This document shows positions 1 through 12,655 of a DNA stretch of 64,000 nucleotides, piece after piece. Below the pieces are notes generated by a model. It worked only from the letters and a program-made list of their open reading frames with translations. It searched no databases and was not told the DNA's origin. How positions within the stretch are numbered: the stretch's first letter is position 1; the number at the start of each line of letters is the position of its first letter. This stretch comes from Dipteris shenzhenensis (taxonomy: Eukaryota). The position numbers and the translations under genes were made by a program. The DNA lies in NCBI GenBank assembly GCA_047967505.1, contig CM106538.1. One strand, given 5' to 3'.

Positions 1-269
1 TCCTCCTCCTCCCTCATGCTCATCCATTCTCATCTTCCCTCATGCTCATGCCTACTCCTCCTTCCTCCTACTCATGCAAGCTCCTCTTGCCTCCTCATGC
101 TCATGCCTACTCCTGTTGCTTCTACTCCTACTCATGCATATTCGTCCTGCCTTCATCCTCACACCTAGTCCTCCACTTGCTTCTCCTCCCTCGTAATCAT
201 TCATGGTCTCTCTCATCTCTCCTCAAACCTCACCTACCTTCTATCATGGCCTATCACAGTCTTTGTAAA

Positions 270-1050
270 CTCTGGAGTATTGATAGCACCATTTGAGGAG
301 ATCTCCCATGTTACCATATGACCGTACAGTTGCAGGATCAATATGTGATCCATGATTGTTTTTTTCAAGAAAAGAAGCATCTTGAACCTCAGTAGGTGCT
401 CTAAAGAGGAGAATATGAGATAAAATGTTAATTTCGTAGTGTTTTAATGTAATTTCTTACTTTGGATTATCCATAGTGGTGCATTTCTTTTGCTAAGGTT
501 CCCTTACTTGTTCTTTCAAGACCTTCATGGAGGATGATATGAGAATGGTGGGCATGGATGATATGGACTCTTCATATCAAAAGACACAAAGTCATGCATG
601 AGCAAGTTGTTTTGGAGGTGATGCAGGACTTGAAGGGAATGGTGATGCAAACGAGATGCCTGGAGCTTGTGATGCTACTAATGTATGTCTTGAAGTCCAA
701 AAGTTTATTGAAGAAGAAGAATTCACATGATGCATTACATCTATTTAAATTTAAATTTCTAAAATGATGTTTCTTCATATGTGTAGTAGCAAGCAGAAAT
801 GGAGAATCTATCCATTTAGAACAAGAAGGCATGGAGAATTCACAATATTGACCCAAGGCAACCTACGTGATCCATTCCAATGTGTTGTACATGAGATTAT
901 AAGAACTTACGAGTTGAATGTGAGATTCCAAATAGCATAGCAGTCTTTCTAAGGACTTAGTCGAGGATTCAAAGACCCTATTATTGGTGTATTAGAGTTG
1001 AAGTAGAAGAGAAATAGGCTATGAAGCCTCTTTGTAATACAATCTGAAAT
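270..1050 (+). pseudogene. Decayed gene fragments of unknown function, apparently paralogous to the minus-strand fragment at 3177-3525
   Basis: Coding-like blocks with stops and frameshifts. The 3' end reads CIRVEVEEK*AMKPLC versus CIIGSKEEVQAMKSLC at ~3200 (-), with shared DNA (aggctatgaag..tctttgta). Confidence 0.35.
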
Positions 1051-1186
1051 ACAAACACCTATTTCTAATAATATTCTTCTATCTAAAGCAAAAAAGTTTC
1101 ATGTATCTATGGCTAAATGGTGAATCTTTTGTTATGTCTATTTTAATTATTTGTTGTTTTCAATATTGCATCTTTTTTTATATCAG

Positions 1187-1466
1187 CTTGCACACAAAAG
1201 TTATATCACATTTTGATGTAACTTACAAGTCAATAAAATGTTGATTGCCAAGTTTGGCCATTCCAATACATATGTAGACGGGATTTGACCATGGCACCAC
1301 ATTGATTAGATGGAGTGTTTAAAAACCTTGCACACAAAAGTTATATCACATTTTGATGTAACTTACAAGTCAATAAAATGTTGTTTGCCAAGTTTGGCCG
1401 TTCCAATACATATGTAGAAGGGATTTGACCATGGCACCACATTGATTAGATGGAGTGTTTACAAAC
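1187..1466. repeat. Near-perfect tandem duplication, 2 x 140 bp
   Basis: cttgcacacaaaagttatatcac... starts at both 1187 and 1327; few mismatches. Confidence 0.95.
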
Positions 1467-1549
1467 CCAAATTTGAGATTTTCCTACATCACCTTGTAAA
1501 GGATTGATGCATTTCATAATTTTCTACAAAGAAATATAGATTTTGAAGC

Positions 1550-1858
1550 GGTAGATGAAGAAATTTGACAACTTTGGCCATTTCAATATCAATTTCTAGC
1601 AAATGTAGGAGGAATTTGACCGCAGCGGAGAAGGCAAAGTTGGTCGGGACATCATGGGGTGTCCAAAAATGTAAAAATCCACCATGGCATGAATTTGGCC
1701 ATTTGGACACCAAATTTGCACTGTGGTGGATTTTTGCATTTTTAAACACCTCATGACATCTCGACCAACTTTGTCTTCAGTGCCGCAGTCAAATTCCTTC
1801 AACATTTGCCAAAAATGGACATTGGAATGGCCCAAATTGTCAAATTCCTTCATCTACC
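1550..1858. repeat. Long imperfect palindrome (arms ~150 bp)
   Basis: ggtagatgaagaaatttgacaac...gtcgggacatcatgggg mirrored by cctcatgacatctcgacc...ttgtcaaattccttcatctacc. Confidence 0.9.
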
Positions 1859-2355
1859 TAATTGAAATCCATGTGTCTTTATAGATGCATCAACTTCAAC
1901 ATAGATAAACATGGAAAAGAAAATATTTACAAAGTAACTTAGCAAATGATGGTTGGTCAATATGACAACTTATGTGCCTTGTAGCATAGCTTTGGTAAGA
2001 CCCTTAGGCAATATATTCTCTATATAATTTCTTGTGCTTTGGAGGAACATTGTAGGTTGGCTATGTCAATGTAATTTTTAATTTAATCCAGACGACTTTG
2101 ATCTTCCACTACATCACCTTGTAGATTTTCATTTTCTTTGTTTATCTTGCCTTTAGAGCCACGTTTTAGGTTGGCTATGCTAATGAAATATCTGATTTCA
2201 TATCACTAAATCACCTTGAAATAATTTGATGCATTACATGAGAAAATATATATTTTGTAGAGGAATGTAAAATTTTCATTTTCTATGTTTTCTTAGTCAT
2301 GGAGGTTGGCTATGTCCATGTATCTTTTATTTTAATTTTTAGGTTGGCTACTGTA

Positions 2356-2663
2356 TCACCTTGTAAAGGATTGATGCACTTCATGATTTCCTATGAAGAA
2401 ATATAAATTTTGAAGAGGTAGATGAAGGAGTTTGACAACTTTGGCCATTTTGATGTCCATTTTTGGCAAATGTAGGAGGAATTTGACCACGGCGCAGAAG
2501 GCAAAGTTGGTCAGGACATCATGGGGTGTCCAAAAATGCACAAATTCACCACAGTTAATGCAATTTTGGACACCCCATGATGTCCAGACCAACTTTGCCT
2601 TCTGCGCCATGGTCAAATTCCTCCTTTATTTGCAAAAAATGGTCACCAAAATTACCAAACTTG
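2356..2663. repeat. Second, diverged copy of the 1489-1858 palindrome unit with a shorter loop
   Basis: Same left arm (tcaccttgtaaaggattgatgc...ggacatcatggggtgtccaaaaatg) followed by its reverse complement; centre ~2555. Confidence 0.9.
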
Positions 2664-3176
2664 GTCGAGAGTATTATTTTGACTTGGAATATTCATATTT
2701 CTTAAATTAATTTTACAAAAATATATATACAAGTAATAGAACTTAATTGCATGGAATATGAAGAGAATAGTAAAATAGCTATAACTTTTGCGCTATAACT
2801 CCGATTGCAAATTTTTTTAGTTCAAAATCGAGAGCATGAGTAGCTCTATGATATTTGACTGGAAAAATAGGGTGTATGATGTTTAAATTCAATGTAGAAG
2901 ACCTTCAAAAATCAGTCACAAGTTGAGGGGGTCATAAATTTATAATTACTTTGGATACAAATGAAGGAAAAGGGACAAGTTTGCAGCTAAAAGGTTACCT
3001 CTCTACACAACAAACTTGGAGGTGGTGTATTCAATACTCTACAATTCAAAGCAACATTACCTTATATTGAATTAACAACACATTCAAAATTCCAACCATG
3101 ACTCAATCAAAGTTATTGCTTATGACATGGTATCTTGCAAGGAAGAGAATGTGATAAAATGTACATTTTTGTATTA

Positions 3177-3525
3177 TAATCTCTCCATTAAAATACAAAG
3201 ACTCTTCATAGCCTGTACCTCCTCTTTGCTACCTATAATACATAGAAAAAAGAGGCTTTTGAAATTCCCAAGTAAGATCCTAATACTAATACCATCAAGG
3301 CTCTCCTCTCAGGGTAGCCGGGCACAAAGTTTTTTACACCATTGCCAATGGGATACAATGCAATAGGGGAAGCCATGTGATGTGGATCACAATGATCAAG
3401 CTATCAATACTTTGATGCACTTCAATAGTTAAGTAGGCCATTCTAAAAATTGGATGTGGAAGACCACAACATATCCTCTTGCTCGACTAATATAGTGCAC
3501 CAATGAGAGATCTCAAATGCCTCCT
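3177..3525 (-). pseudogene. Decayed terminal exon, possibly KH-domain-like
   Basis: Minus-strand frames read RHLRSLIGALY*SSKRIC... and ...ISIRILLGNFKSLFFLCIIGSKEEVQAMKSLCILMERL*; stops and frameshifts are present. Confidence 0.3.
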
Positions 3526-4209
3526 ACATCAATTCAACAACCATTACATTAGCAAACCTAACAAAGCACATTACATTAAAAGACCATAAAATATAAATCA
3601 ATACATAGGATGCTTACCATCATGGCATTGTCTCCTTTAATGATGCAAGCAAGGCAAATAGGTATAAACTGTAAACTTTAGACATGAAAACTTTATACAT
3701 ATTACTTGAAAACTTTGGACATGAAACCACATAATAAAACCATCAAAATAAAATTCTTCAATGCTTTTAATGTCCTCCAAGTCATGAAGAAAACTATGCA
3801 AATTCCAAAATGCCCAACCTATAATTTATGGACAGGTTGTACTAGTCAAACACATTGTTTGATGTTGCACAAGGGATAATATGGACATTTTCATGCATTT
3901 CTCTAGATTCTTGCCTGCTATTTCACCATTTCAAGTAAAGTTAAAGGACTATACATTTCGTTTTCCATGACTAAAAGGTATTCCTGCACATAACTTACAG
4001 ATAGTCCATTGTTAGTTATATCAAAGATTCCACTACTTCCCACTCCTATGTTAAAATAGGATTTTGTAAAGAAGATAGGCAAGGAAGGTACATAGTCTGA
4101 GAAATACATCCTTCCTCTTGGAAAGCTTATGTAGACCCTTGGCGAAACCTTCCATGACTATCTAGTTAGTCAATTTGTAAGTTGAAGTCATCCAATGCAT
4201 TTTTCATGT

Positions 4210-4450
4210 TCTAGAACACACTAGAGCTTACAATATTGTCAACTTCTATCACTTCCATGCCTCTAGAACACACTAGAGCTCACAATATTGCCATCTTTGG
4301 CCACTTTGGTCACTTTGTTCCTGACCATGTCTCTACGACTCACTAGAGCTCACAATATTGCCAACTTGTGTCACTTTCTTCCTGACCATGCCACCAGAAC
4401 ACACTAGAGCTCATAGGATTACCAGCTTGTGTCACTATGTTCCAGACCAT
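4210..4450. repeat. Degenerate tandem repeat of ~50-80 bp
   Basis: Recurrent (c)tagaacacactagagctcacaatattgcca motif, ~4 copies. Confidence 0.8.
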
Positions 4451-4544
4451 GCCTGTTGGGAAAACAATAGCTGTAGGAGAGGAAAGAACAGTTGTATCCT
4501 ATATGAGAAGGAAAAGAAAGAGGGAAAAAGCTCATGTAGGAGAG

Positions 4545-4990
4545 CAAAGAGTTGCTGTAGCAAAATCCCAGTGAACTTGCCTATGAATGATTCAACTGGT
4601 TCCCACTCCTTGAGGTCTGAAGGGAAAACATCTGCCACCATGAATAAGAGCTCTTAGAAACCAAACACAAAATTTCCAAATGGACTCATTACACTTACAG
4701 GTGAAAAAGGTACATAGATAGAAAGGCTCACAGTGTAATGGTATCCTAGATTGATTGAATGATGGAGGAAGCTGCATATCTTTTCCCATGTAAACATGTT
4801 GCACTTTTGTGAGCCATCCTTTCTTCCTAAACTTGAACTTCAAGATGCGCCCCTTCCACTCATGCAAGATGTCACCTCTCTTGCTCTTGGGAAGCTTATG
4901 TGGACCTTTGGCCGATCCTTTCATCACTATCCAGTCATTTAAGCTATAGGTGCAAGGGTTCCACTCATCCAATGCATTTCTGGTGTTGTG
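4545..4990 (-). pseudogene. Spliced BAH-domain-like gene segment
   Basis: YSLNDWIVMK...EWKGRILKF...KVQHVYM...PLH|YVFPSDLKEWEPVESFIGKFT after removing a GT-AG intron at 4731-4632. The pattern resembles the BAH consensus (Y.vgD.V.v ... arI ... vrWfY ... ELFlSd..d.ipv.sIigKc). A decayed duplicate of the first exon lies at ~4090-4200. Confidence 0.5.
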
Positions 4991-5089
4991 GAAGACACAA
5001 GAGACCACGGCATTGCATGGTCTTGTAGCCTTTCTCCTCACCATGCTTGCAGAGGTTGTAACAGCAAGAATGGGACTCCTAGACAAGGC

Positions 5090-5410
5090 AATGCAGCTCC
5101 AACAGAGGCATAAAAGAGGGAGAAGAACAAAGACAGAGCAGCAGCAACAGAGGCACAAGAGAGGGAGAAGGAGAGGGACAGAGTAGCTCTAATAGAGACA
5201 CAAAAGAGGGATAAGGAGAGGGACAGAGTAGTAGCAGCAACAACAGAGGCACAGGAGAGGGATAGAGTAGCAGCAACAACAGAGGCATAAGAGAGGGAGA
5301 AGGAGAGGGACAGAGCAACAACGACAGAGGCACAAGAGAGGGAGAAGGAGAGGGAGCTCCAACAGAGGCATAGGAGAGGGAGAGGGGAGAGAGAGAGAGA
5401 GAGGAGCTAC
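5090..5410. repeat. Degenerate ~40-48 bp purine-rich minisatellite
   Basis: Repeated aacagaggcac/taagagagggagaaggagagggacagag units. Confidence 0.85.
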
Positions 5411-5889
5411 AGCAAGCAAGCCAGAGCAGGAGGGAGCAGAGAAAGAGGGGGAAGAGGGAAAATGCATGGGATTTGGTTCAAATCTGAGCGATTTGGTAGG
5501 CTAGACTAGAACAATGGGGGGCAGAGACCCTAGAAAGAGGGAGGGGAGAAGAAAAATTCGCAAGAAGGGCCCTACCATCCCATTGAAGGCAGTTTTGGGC
5601 TCATGTGGGGGAGGTGCACCTAGTAGGAGGGTCAAACATGGGTTAAGAGGGGGGGATGGTTTGGGTGGTCCTTAGTGTAAGGGAAGCAACCAATAGGGGC
5701 TCTCTGCAAGCCTACCCACTCTCTACCTCAACATACCATTGCCCCACATCTTCTAGCATGCCCATTGGTACACGTCAAATCACTCTCTAATCCCTTGAAA
5801 TTAGGAAACACTAATTGGAGGCCCTTTTGAGACCCTAATTCTCCGCTAATGACTTGTACTTGCATAAGGCTAGGAATATAATCTCTCTT

Positions 5890-6105
5890 AGGAATCCTCA
5901 ACATGCAAGTCCTACATGTAATTCCTACATGCATGTTCTACATGCGAGTTCTACATGTAACATGCAACATGTGAGTTCAACATGCGATTCCTACATGCAT
6001 GTTCTACATGTGAGTTCTACATGCAACATGCAACTCCTACATACAACTTCTATATGCAAGTTCTACATGTAGAGAGACAATGTCTTACAATTCCTACATG
6101 TAGAG
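5890..6105. repeat. Short-period degenerate repeat (ctacatg/caacatg)
   Basis: More than 15 copies of the yacatg core. Confidence 0.8.
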
Positions 6106-7299
6106 AGAGAAGCTCTCCAACCTGTATAAATAGCCCATAATGGAATGATGCCCACACTCTTTGGGGCATTGTGTTGAGTTCTACTTTGGTATTCCAAGCA
6201 ATTGTCTTAAGTGTCCATGCTTCCTTGCACTCCATGTCCAAAAGCATGTCCTAACCTCGCAACTCCTCCTCCCCTCTCCTCCAAGCTTGCAACCCATCCT
6301 CTCCCTCTCCTCCTTCCTTCTCCTCCTCCTCCTCCTCCTCCTCCCTCCTCCTCCTCCTCCTCCTCCTCCTCCTCCCTCTTCTCTCTCCTTTCCCCCCATG
6401 TTCTAGCATCTTCTTCCTATCCCACTCCTATGCTCCCCCTAAACCCTTAGTTCCTCAACCCTTAACCTCCTTGAACTATGAGGGAGACAAGTTCTCCACC
6501 ATGTACTCTACCTTGAACCTTGAATCCTCCTTCTAACCCTTGAACCTCTTCTAAACTCTGCAACCTTTCACTAAACCTTGGAACCTCCTTCTAAACCCTG
6601 AACCTCCCTCTAACCCTTAAACTCCTCCTAAAGCCTTCAACCCCCAATGAAGGCAAAAGCCTCATTACCCCAACCATAATGATGCACGTTCCTTTCACAC
6701 ATCCATGCACTATGTTTGCTTACCCCACTTAAGCCTATGTCTCTCACCGAAAAATGACTCGAGGTCCTAAGCTACACTTATACTACAAACAACAACATCG
6801 ATATATCTATAGGTGACAAAAAACCTCAGAATCCTACATAATACTGAGAATACCCTGCTCTTCCTGCGAAAGCCGTGGGAAAGAGCCAACAAGCTGAAAG
6901 GTTTGTAGTCGCATACTCAATAGTAATAGATAGAGTATAGCAAATGCTAGGGTCATTGAACTTGAAGATATGCTTTTAAAGAAAACTAACCAACATCTCA
7001 AACAAATAAAAAGGATGACATAAAGAGACTCTAAAAATCCAATTGTTTCAAAGTGGATTTAATAAAGGCTTGGTTGAATGAAATGCAAACATATTTTTTT
7101 GTACAATTGGATGTCTTGGCAACGGACAAGAATAGTCCATTACAAGCAAAAGACACACTTTTTTATCAAGTATATGCTTTATAGGATGTATGGAAGCATA
7201 TGCATGAGTTGCATTATAGGATGTATAGAATTAGATTCACGAGTTGCAAAATGCCCAAGAAGTTGATGTGAATAGTGTGTTTATAGTTGATGTTGAGTT

Positions 7300-8420
7300 T
7301 CAAGTTATGAAAGATGCAGTAATGCAAATAGGTCAAGAAGTATGCGATAACATTAAAAACTTAAATTGTTTCAGATTGCAAACCATTCACATGAACACAT
7401 GAGGCCATGCCACAGAAATGTGGATTGAATGCATAGCCCAATTGTAAGTTTTTCAAAGTGTACTAGTACTTCATTTGGATTTAGAGTATTTGCATTTATT
7501 TGGGGACTTTGACACAAGTGTCTTATGCCTTGTATTTGTTTTACAGATTTATATCCATCTACTTACAAAGAGTGGGAGCCTGCAGCATGTGTAACTAGGG
7601 TGTTACATGTCCTTCATGTTGAGATCAGGAGTCTTTAGTATGAAGGTCGCACACCATCAAAATCAAAAAAGGACGGGGCCTTCTTCTTTGACTCAATGTT
7701 CATTGTGCTAGATGAAGAAGGACAATATGGTAGATTAGAATCTCTTCCCTTTCCTTCTTTTGATAGTCTAGAATGGTCGCTTCCAAGCATGGAGATAAGT
7801 GAATCATATAGAAATAGAATGTTTAATGATGTGAGAAATGCTATGAAGCCAATTACTTGTGGAAGAAATGCTAGGTTGATTAGAATTGGACTGGTTGTCT
7901 GAGCTATTTGAAAATGGATGGACAATAAGAACATGTCATGCTGAAGATTTAGTACAATGTCGATTGAACACTTCAGATGTGACATTTTGGTGAGCACATC
8001 TTACAATTGTTGTTTGTATAAAGAATGATCAGGATAGTATGTATTAACGGATCCCAAATTTTGCAAGTATTTCATTGGAAGGCAAAATTTTTGCATGATT
8101 TTCACATATAGAAGGTTTAGATGGAAGAACTTGCAACGGAAAGCAATGGATGATGATCTACGAGATGGGACTCACAATCTTATTGTCAAGGTATTAATTT
8201 ATCAATAAGGACATCGTGATCTAATGTTGCAATTGGAAGAGGAGTGGACCATGCGATTTATCAGGGGAAGAATTGTAGTTGGCAACAGTAAGCCCTCCCC
8301 AAGACTATTATTTTAGACTAGATAATTGCAAAGATAGATATAGGGATGAGACAAGTATCCTTTGTAAGAATTGTTGCCCCCCCCATACTCTAGAGATAGT
8401 AGAGGCATGATAGCAGGTAT
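7300..8420 (+). pseudogene. Decayed spliced gene containing the paralogous BAH-like C-terminal motif
   Basis: PN|YLYPSTYKEWEPAACVTRVLHVL after a GT-AG intron at 7444-7546, continuing (one stop) into ORF 7696-7902. Confidence 0.45.
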
Positions 8421-8659
8421 TTCATAATATCCAGTTGCTTGGATCCTTAGTGCTTCAACAATGCACTTAGCAACGAGGCATTGTTACATGTATGAATAGA
8501 AATCATAAATAATACAAAGTATTATTTCATTTATTGTTAAGATTTTATTTATTAAGTTTTCACCTCTAGATTAATGGCTCTCTATGGTCTATGAATGATA
8601 AAGCGATAAATATTTGTAATTTTAAATCTGTGTGGATATTTGTATATCTATATTGTACA

Positions 8660-8723
8660 AGAGAGAGTGTGTGTGTGAGACAGATAGATAACAATTTGTG
8701 TGTATGTGTGTGTGCGTGCGCGC

Positions 8724-8787
<64 letters not shown>

Positions 8788-9088
8788 GGGAGAAGTTGAC
8801 ACTGCAATAAGGGACACAAATAATGCATCAATCCATGAGACAAAATTAGAAGTATGAATAGAGAGAGAGAGAGAGAGAGAGAGTAGTCAAGGACACAAAG
8901 GGGACACAAAGGGACACAAATAATGCACTTGGCCACATGAGACATTGTTAGATGTATGAATACAGAGAGACAGAGAGACTATGAGAGAGAGAGCGCAGTT
9001 AGGGACACAAAGGGAGGGAAAGAGATAGAGGGAGGGGGAGGGAAAGATGGAGATGGAGACGGGGATAGAAAGAGGGAGATGGAGAGTG

Positions 9089-9138
<50 letters not shown>

Positions 9139-9381
9139 GCGAGAGAGAGAGAGAGTTAAGATTGCATTTATTCATTTGCACATCTAAGTTGAGAAAGAGA
9201 AAAATAAGAAAGTTAATTAAGTTCTTTGAGAGACTATGAGACTGAAAAAAAGCCAGATACAACTGATCCAAAGGGTGGAACCACTAACAAAATACAAAAA
9301 ATGTATATGTAAAATCCTGTGTCCAATTTCCATGACATAGATAGCTAAGGGAAACAAGGCAATAAGATGATCATCGGGTGC

Positions 9382-9437
<56 letters not shown>

Positions 9438-9461
9438 AAATAGGGACACAAAGGGAGGGAA

Positions 9462-9505
<44 letters not shown>

Positions 9506-9602
9506 AGGGGGAGCAAGAGAGAGAGAGAGAATGAGGGACACAAATGGAGGGAAAGAAAGAAAGATATATTAATATCCTTGGAAGACTATGCAAGGGGGGG
9601 GG

Positions 9603-9640
<38 letters not shown>
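8660..9640. repeat. Compound (TG)n/(GA)n microsatellite field with a recurrent agggacacaaa motif
   Basis: Directly visible runs. Confidence 0.95.
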
Positions 9641-9644
<4 letters not shown>

Positions 9645-9824
9645 CTTTCCAAAGTAAAAACAATAAATATAAAATATTTTAATTAAAAGCATTTTTAAGG
9701 GAAATGCCCATTTTATAAAGTACACTTCTAAGGTCATTTTCACATTTTGAGTTTGCCTGTCTTGAGTAACCTTGCATTCCATAGCCTCCTCTTTTTTCTT
9801 CTCAAGCATCCTCTTGGCTTCCCC

Positions 9825-10870
9825 TAGAGAGGCTTATTTCATCCACTAATTCCCATGCCTCTGTAGATCAGGTTTATCCTATCTTCTACAAGACATTCCA
9901 TCTTGAGTCTCAATTGAGAGCTCTCCTTCTTGTTGATAATCCCTCTCTTCAATTTTTTGATAGACTTATTAATGGGCAATCTATCATTATTGCTAACTCC
10001 CCTCACCAATGGGTTTCATTGGATATTTTGAGCTCTTTTGACCAAAGTGCTAACTTCAAGAAGACATTAGGTAGGACCATGGATAATGTCCCTATCTCTC
10101 TTTGTGAGTATGCTATTCCCATCGGGGATGACTGATCTTCCCCAATTCATTTGATTGAGAGAGATATAGCCCTTACCATTCTCCTTACAACTAGCAAGTT
10201 TGATGAGGATGTTGGCGAGCAGCCCGAGGGTCCTGCATCCACAAGTGGTGGAGCAGGTCCATCAACCAAGTGGTGGAGGAGATGACATAAACCTAGACAT
10301 AGAACCTGAGGAGCATACTATTAACCTAGCTGAGGAGCAACTTAAAGGTGAGGTCATCTTATCATCATATCCAACTCATGCATATCCATCCTCCACTTAT
10401 AATCCAAATGAGGCAATACCTCGCTTCGGTTTATCCAATCAGGATTGAGCGTGAGGAATACCTTACCCTATTAGAAGTGATGGAAGAAACCGATCTCTGA
10501 GAGGATGAGGTGCTATGTCAGCTCTTGAATGACAACTTTGATGATGTCATTGACTTTGATGCCCCAGCCAACAATCTAGCAATCGATGAGATTGCATGCT
10601 TCAATGACTCGAGCCTCACCGATTTGGAGGCAATCCAACGAACATAGAAGGCAATCGAGGATGCTGGACTAGAGTACATGTGCAATGAGGAGTTCATGAA
10701 TTTGCAGAGGGAATTGTTTAGGGAGAGACATGAAGAAGCCGGGACCTCAAGCCAACGTGAAGTTCAAGACAGGACCAACCACAAAATGAAGTCCAATTGG
10801 ACACTATAGCTAACGATGCAGTTTGCGGTGAGGTAGAGAAGGTATGTAGCTTTGCCAACTTCATCATGTG
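9825..10870 (+). pseudogene. Decayed ORF of unknown function with an acidic C-terminal part
   Basis: Long near-open frames (9914-10135, 10200-10448) linked by single stops or frameshifts; D/E-rich coding bias. Confidence 0.35.
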
Positions 10871-10975
10871 ATTCAATATCATCAGTATAATTCTAGGTTC
10901 CATTTTAGCAATAAAAATCATTGCTTTGTCTTCAACTGGTAGGGAATAAAAAATAGTGTTTAGGGTTTAGTCTTC

Positions 10976-11259
10976 AAACACCAACCAAATTTTTTGAAAT
11001 TAAACCCAGGCTATCCTGCATGCATACCAAGCATGTTCATGGATTTTCAACCCAAAATATTCCCTGGAAGCATGATATTTGACATCCTGGGCCCTATTTT
11101 TGAACCTGGATTTTTCGCCCAAAAAACAAGGCCCTGGTCACATGATGTCGGATATCATGCTTCCAGGGCATATTTTGAGCTGAAAATCAATCCATGGACA
11201 TGCTTGGTATGCATGCAAGATAGCCTGGGTTTAAAATCAAAAAATTTGGTTGGGGTTTG
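10976..11259. repeat. Long imperfect palindrome (arms ~125 bp)
   Basis: ccaaccaaatttttt...aaacccaggctatcctgcatgcataccaagcatg mirrored by catgcttggtatgcatgcaagatagcctgggttt...aaaaaatttggttgg. Confidence 0.92.
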
Positions 11260-11444
11260 TGCCCTACATTATATTTTTTATTCCTACACTTGAAATTCAA
11301 TAAATTTGACTCTCCACTCCCATAACCCCCTCCAACTTGTCCCTGTCACTCCATTTGTGGAAAAATTAGGGTTATGGTTTTCTCACATAGGGAAAATAAC
11401 AGGTTTATCGTTTTTATTCAGCCCATAGGGTATACAATTAGGTT

Positions 11445-11825
11445 TAGGTTTTCTCACATAAGAAAAATAATCTATTAAAACAATAATTCCTGGGAGGTCA
11501 TTGAGGCATAAGTAATTCTTGGGAGGCCATTGAGGCATAAGTAACCATGTGCATGATTTTTACGTAAAAAAAAGCCCTACAAGCCCTAAATTTGACATCA
11601 TGCGTCCAGAGCCCAATTTTTGTAGAAATTAGGCTCTAGTCACACGATGTCAGATTTAGGGTTTGCAAGGGGGTTGCAAAACGTGGGCTCTAGTCACACG
11701 ATGTCAAATTTAGTTTTGCAAGGGGGCTTTTTGCATAAAAATCATGCACATGGTTACTTATGTCTCAATGGCCTCCCATAAATGATTGTTTTAATATATT
11801 ATTTTTCCTCTGTGAGAAAACCCTA
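11445..11825. repeat. Long imperfect palindrome with small internal duplications
   Basis: ttttctcacatag...gggaggccattgaggcataagtaaccatgtgcatgattttt mirrored by aaaaatcatgcacatggttacttatgtctcaatggcctccc...tgtgagaaaa. Confidence 0.9.
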
Positions 11826-12655
11826 ATTCTTATTAATTCCTTAAAATTGATGTTTTCTTAAATTATATAATCTTCGGGTTTTGATGTGATATGTTGTTTG
11901 CAGGATATCTTATGGGTCGATGAATATGTTGGACACAAGGCTGGAACCGAAGGGTCTTCTGGTGGGGGGATGGCTTCGATTAGCCACTACATCAACAGAG
12001 TGGCTCAACACATTTTGGTCTTCCATCGACAATTATCATCAAATAAAGCTGAATATTATGAAGTTCAGGGTCCTTAGTCGGATGGTGAAGATGAGGGCCA
12101 TCCGTCCTCTTGCAGATCGTGTTCTTTTGGTTAGGCGTAGTGTAGCTTTTTTATTTCTCAAACACATGATCTGCTCCTCTCCATAACATCATAGCTATCT
12201 ATTGCAGGGCTGGCTGGCGTTACAAATCCCTAGGCTATAGAGAATGAAATTATGCAACCCTCTCTTCTTCAAAGGATCTAAATCAAGCAAGAAGAAGCAT
12301 AGACTAGAGTAACTTGTGCCTTAAAGTGGGTGCTCTTTGTAATACCACTCTATGTCAATAAAGAATACAATTTTCAAATTATTTTCTTGTTTGTTACAGA
12401 ACTTTGTTTCCTTTTGCATGTTAAGTATAATTGAGTATTATTTCCTTTTGCATGTTCAATTGAGATTTGATCTTTATTATTTCATTTTGCATGTAAGTAA
12501 ATTGAGATTGCATGTAAGTAAATTATAGATTGCAAATACAATAAAAATAAATTTGAGATTGCACATACAAAGACAATGCAAAAAAAGACACTTTATTATA
12601 TTAAAAAGAGGTTGATACAAGAGTGATGCACAAAGGTAGAGTACATGAACTCTAA

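Noticed and set aside
872-931. PFQCVVHEIIRTYELNVRFQ aligns without gaps to H3 [20 protein letters not shown]
   Set aside because: The match is only 20 aa, the flanks are not H3-like, and the region instead appears paralogous to the 3177-3525 fragment. A chance match cannot be excluded, so it is not called as a second histone.
6161-6660. Pro/Ser/Gly-rich ORFs and telomere-like aaccct words
   Set aside because: (CCT)n low complexity and an irregular degenerate repeat; neither a gene nor a true telomeric tract is supported.
12091-12138. MRAIRPLADRVLLVRR resembles the GroES/Cpn10 N-terminus
   Set aside because: No following GGI mobile loop or GxVxAVG motif; probably coincidental.
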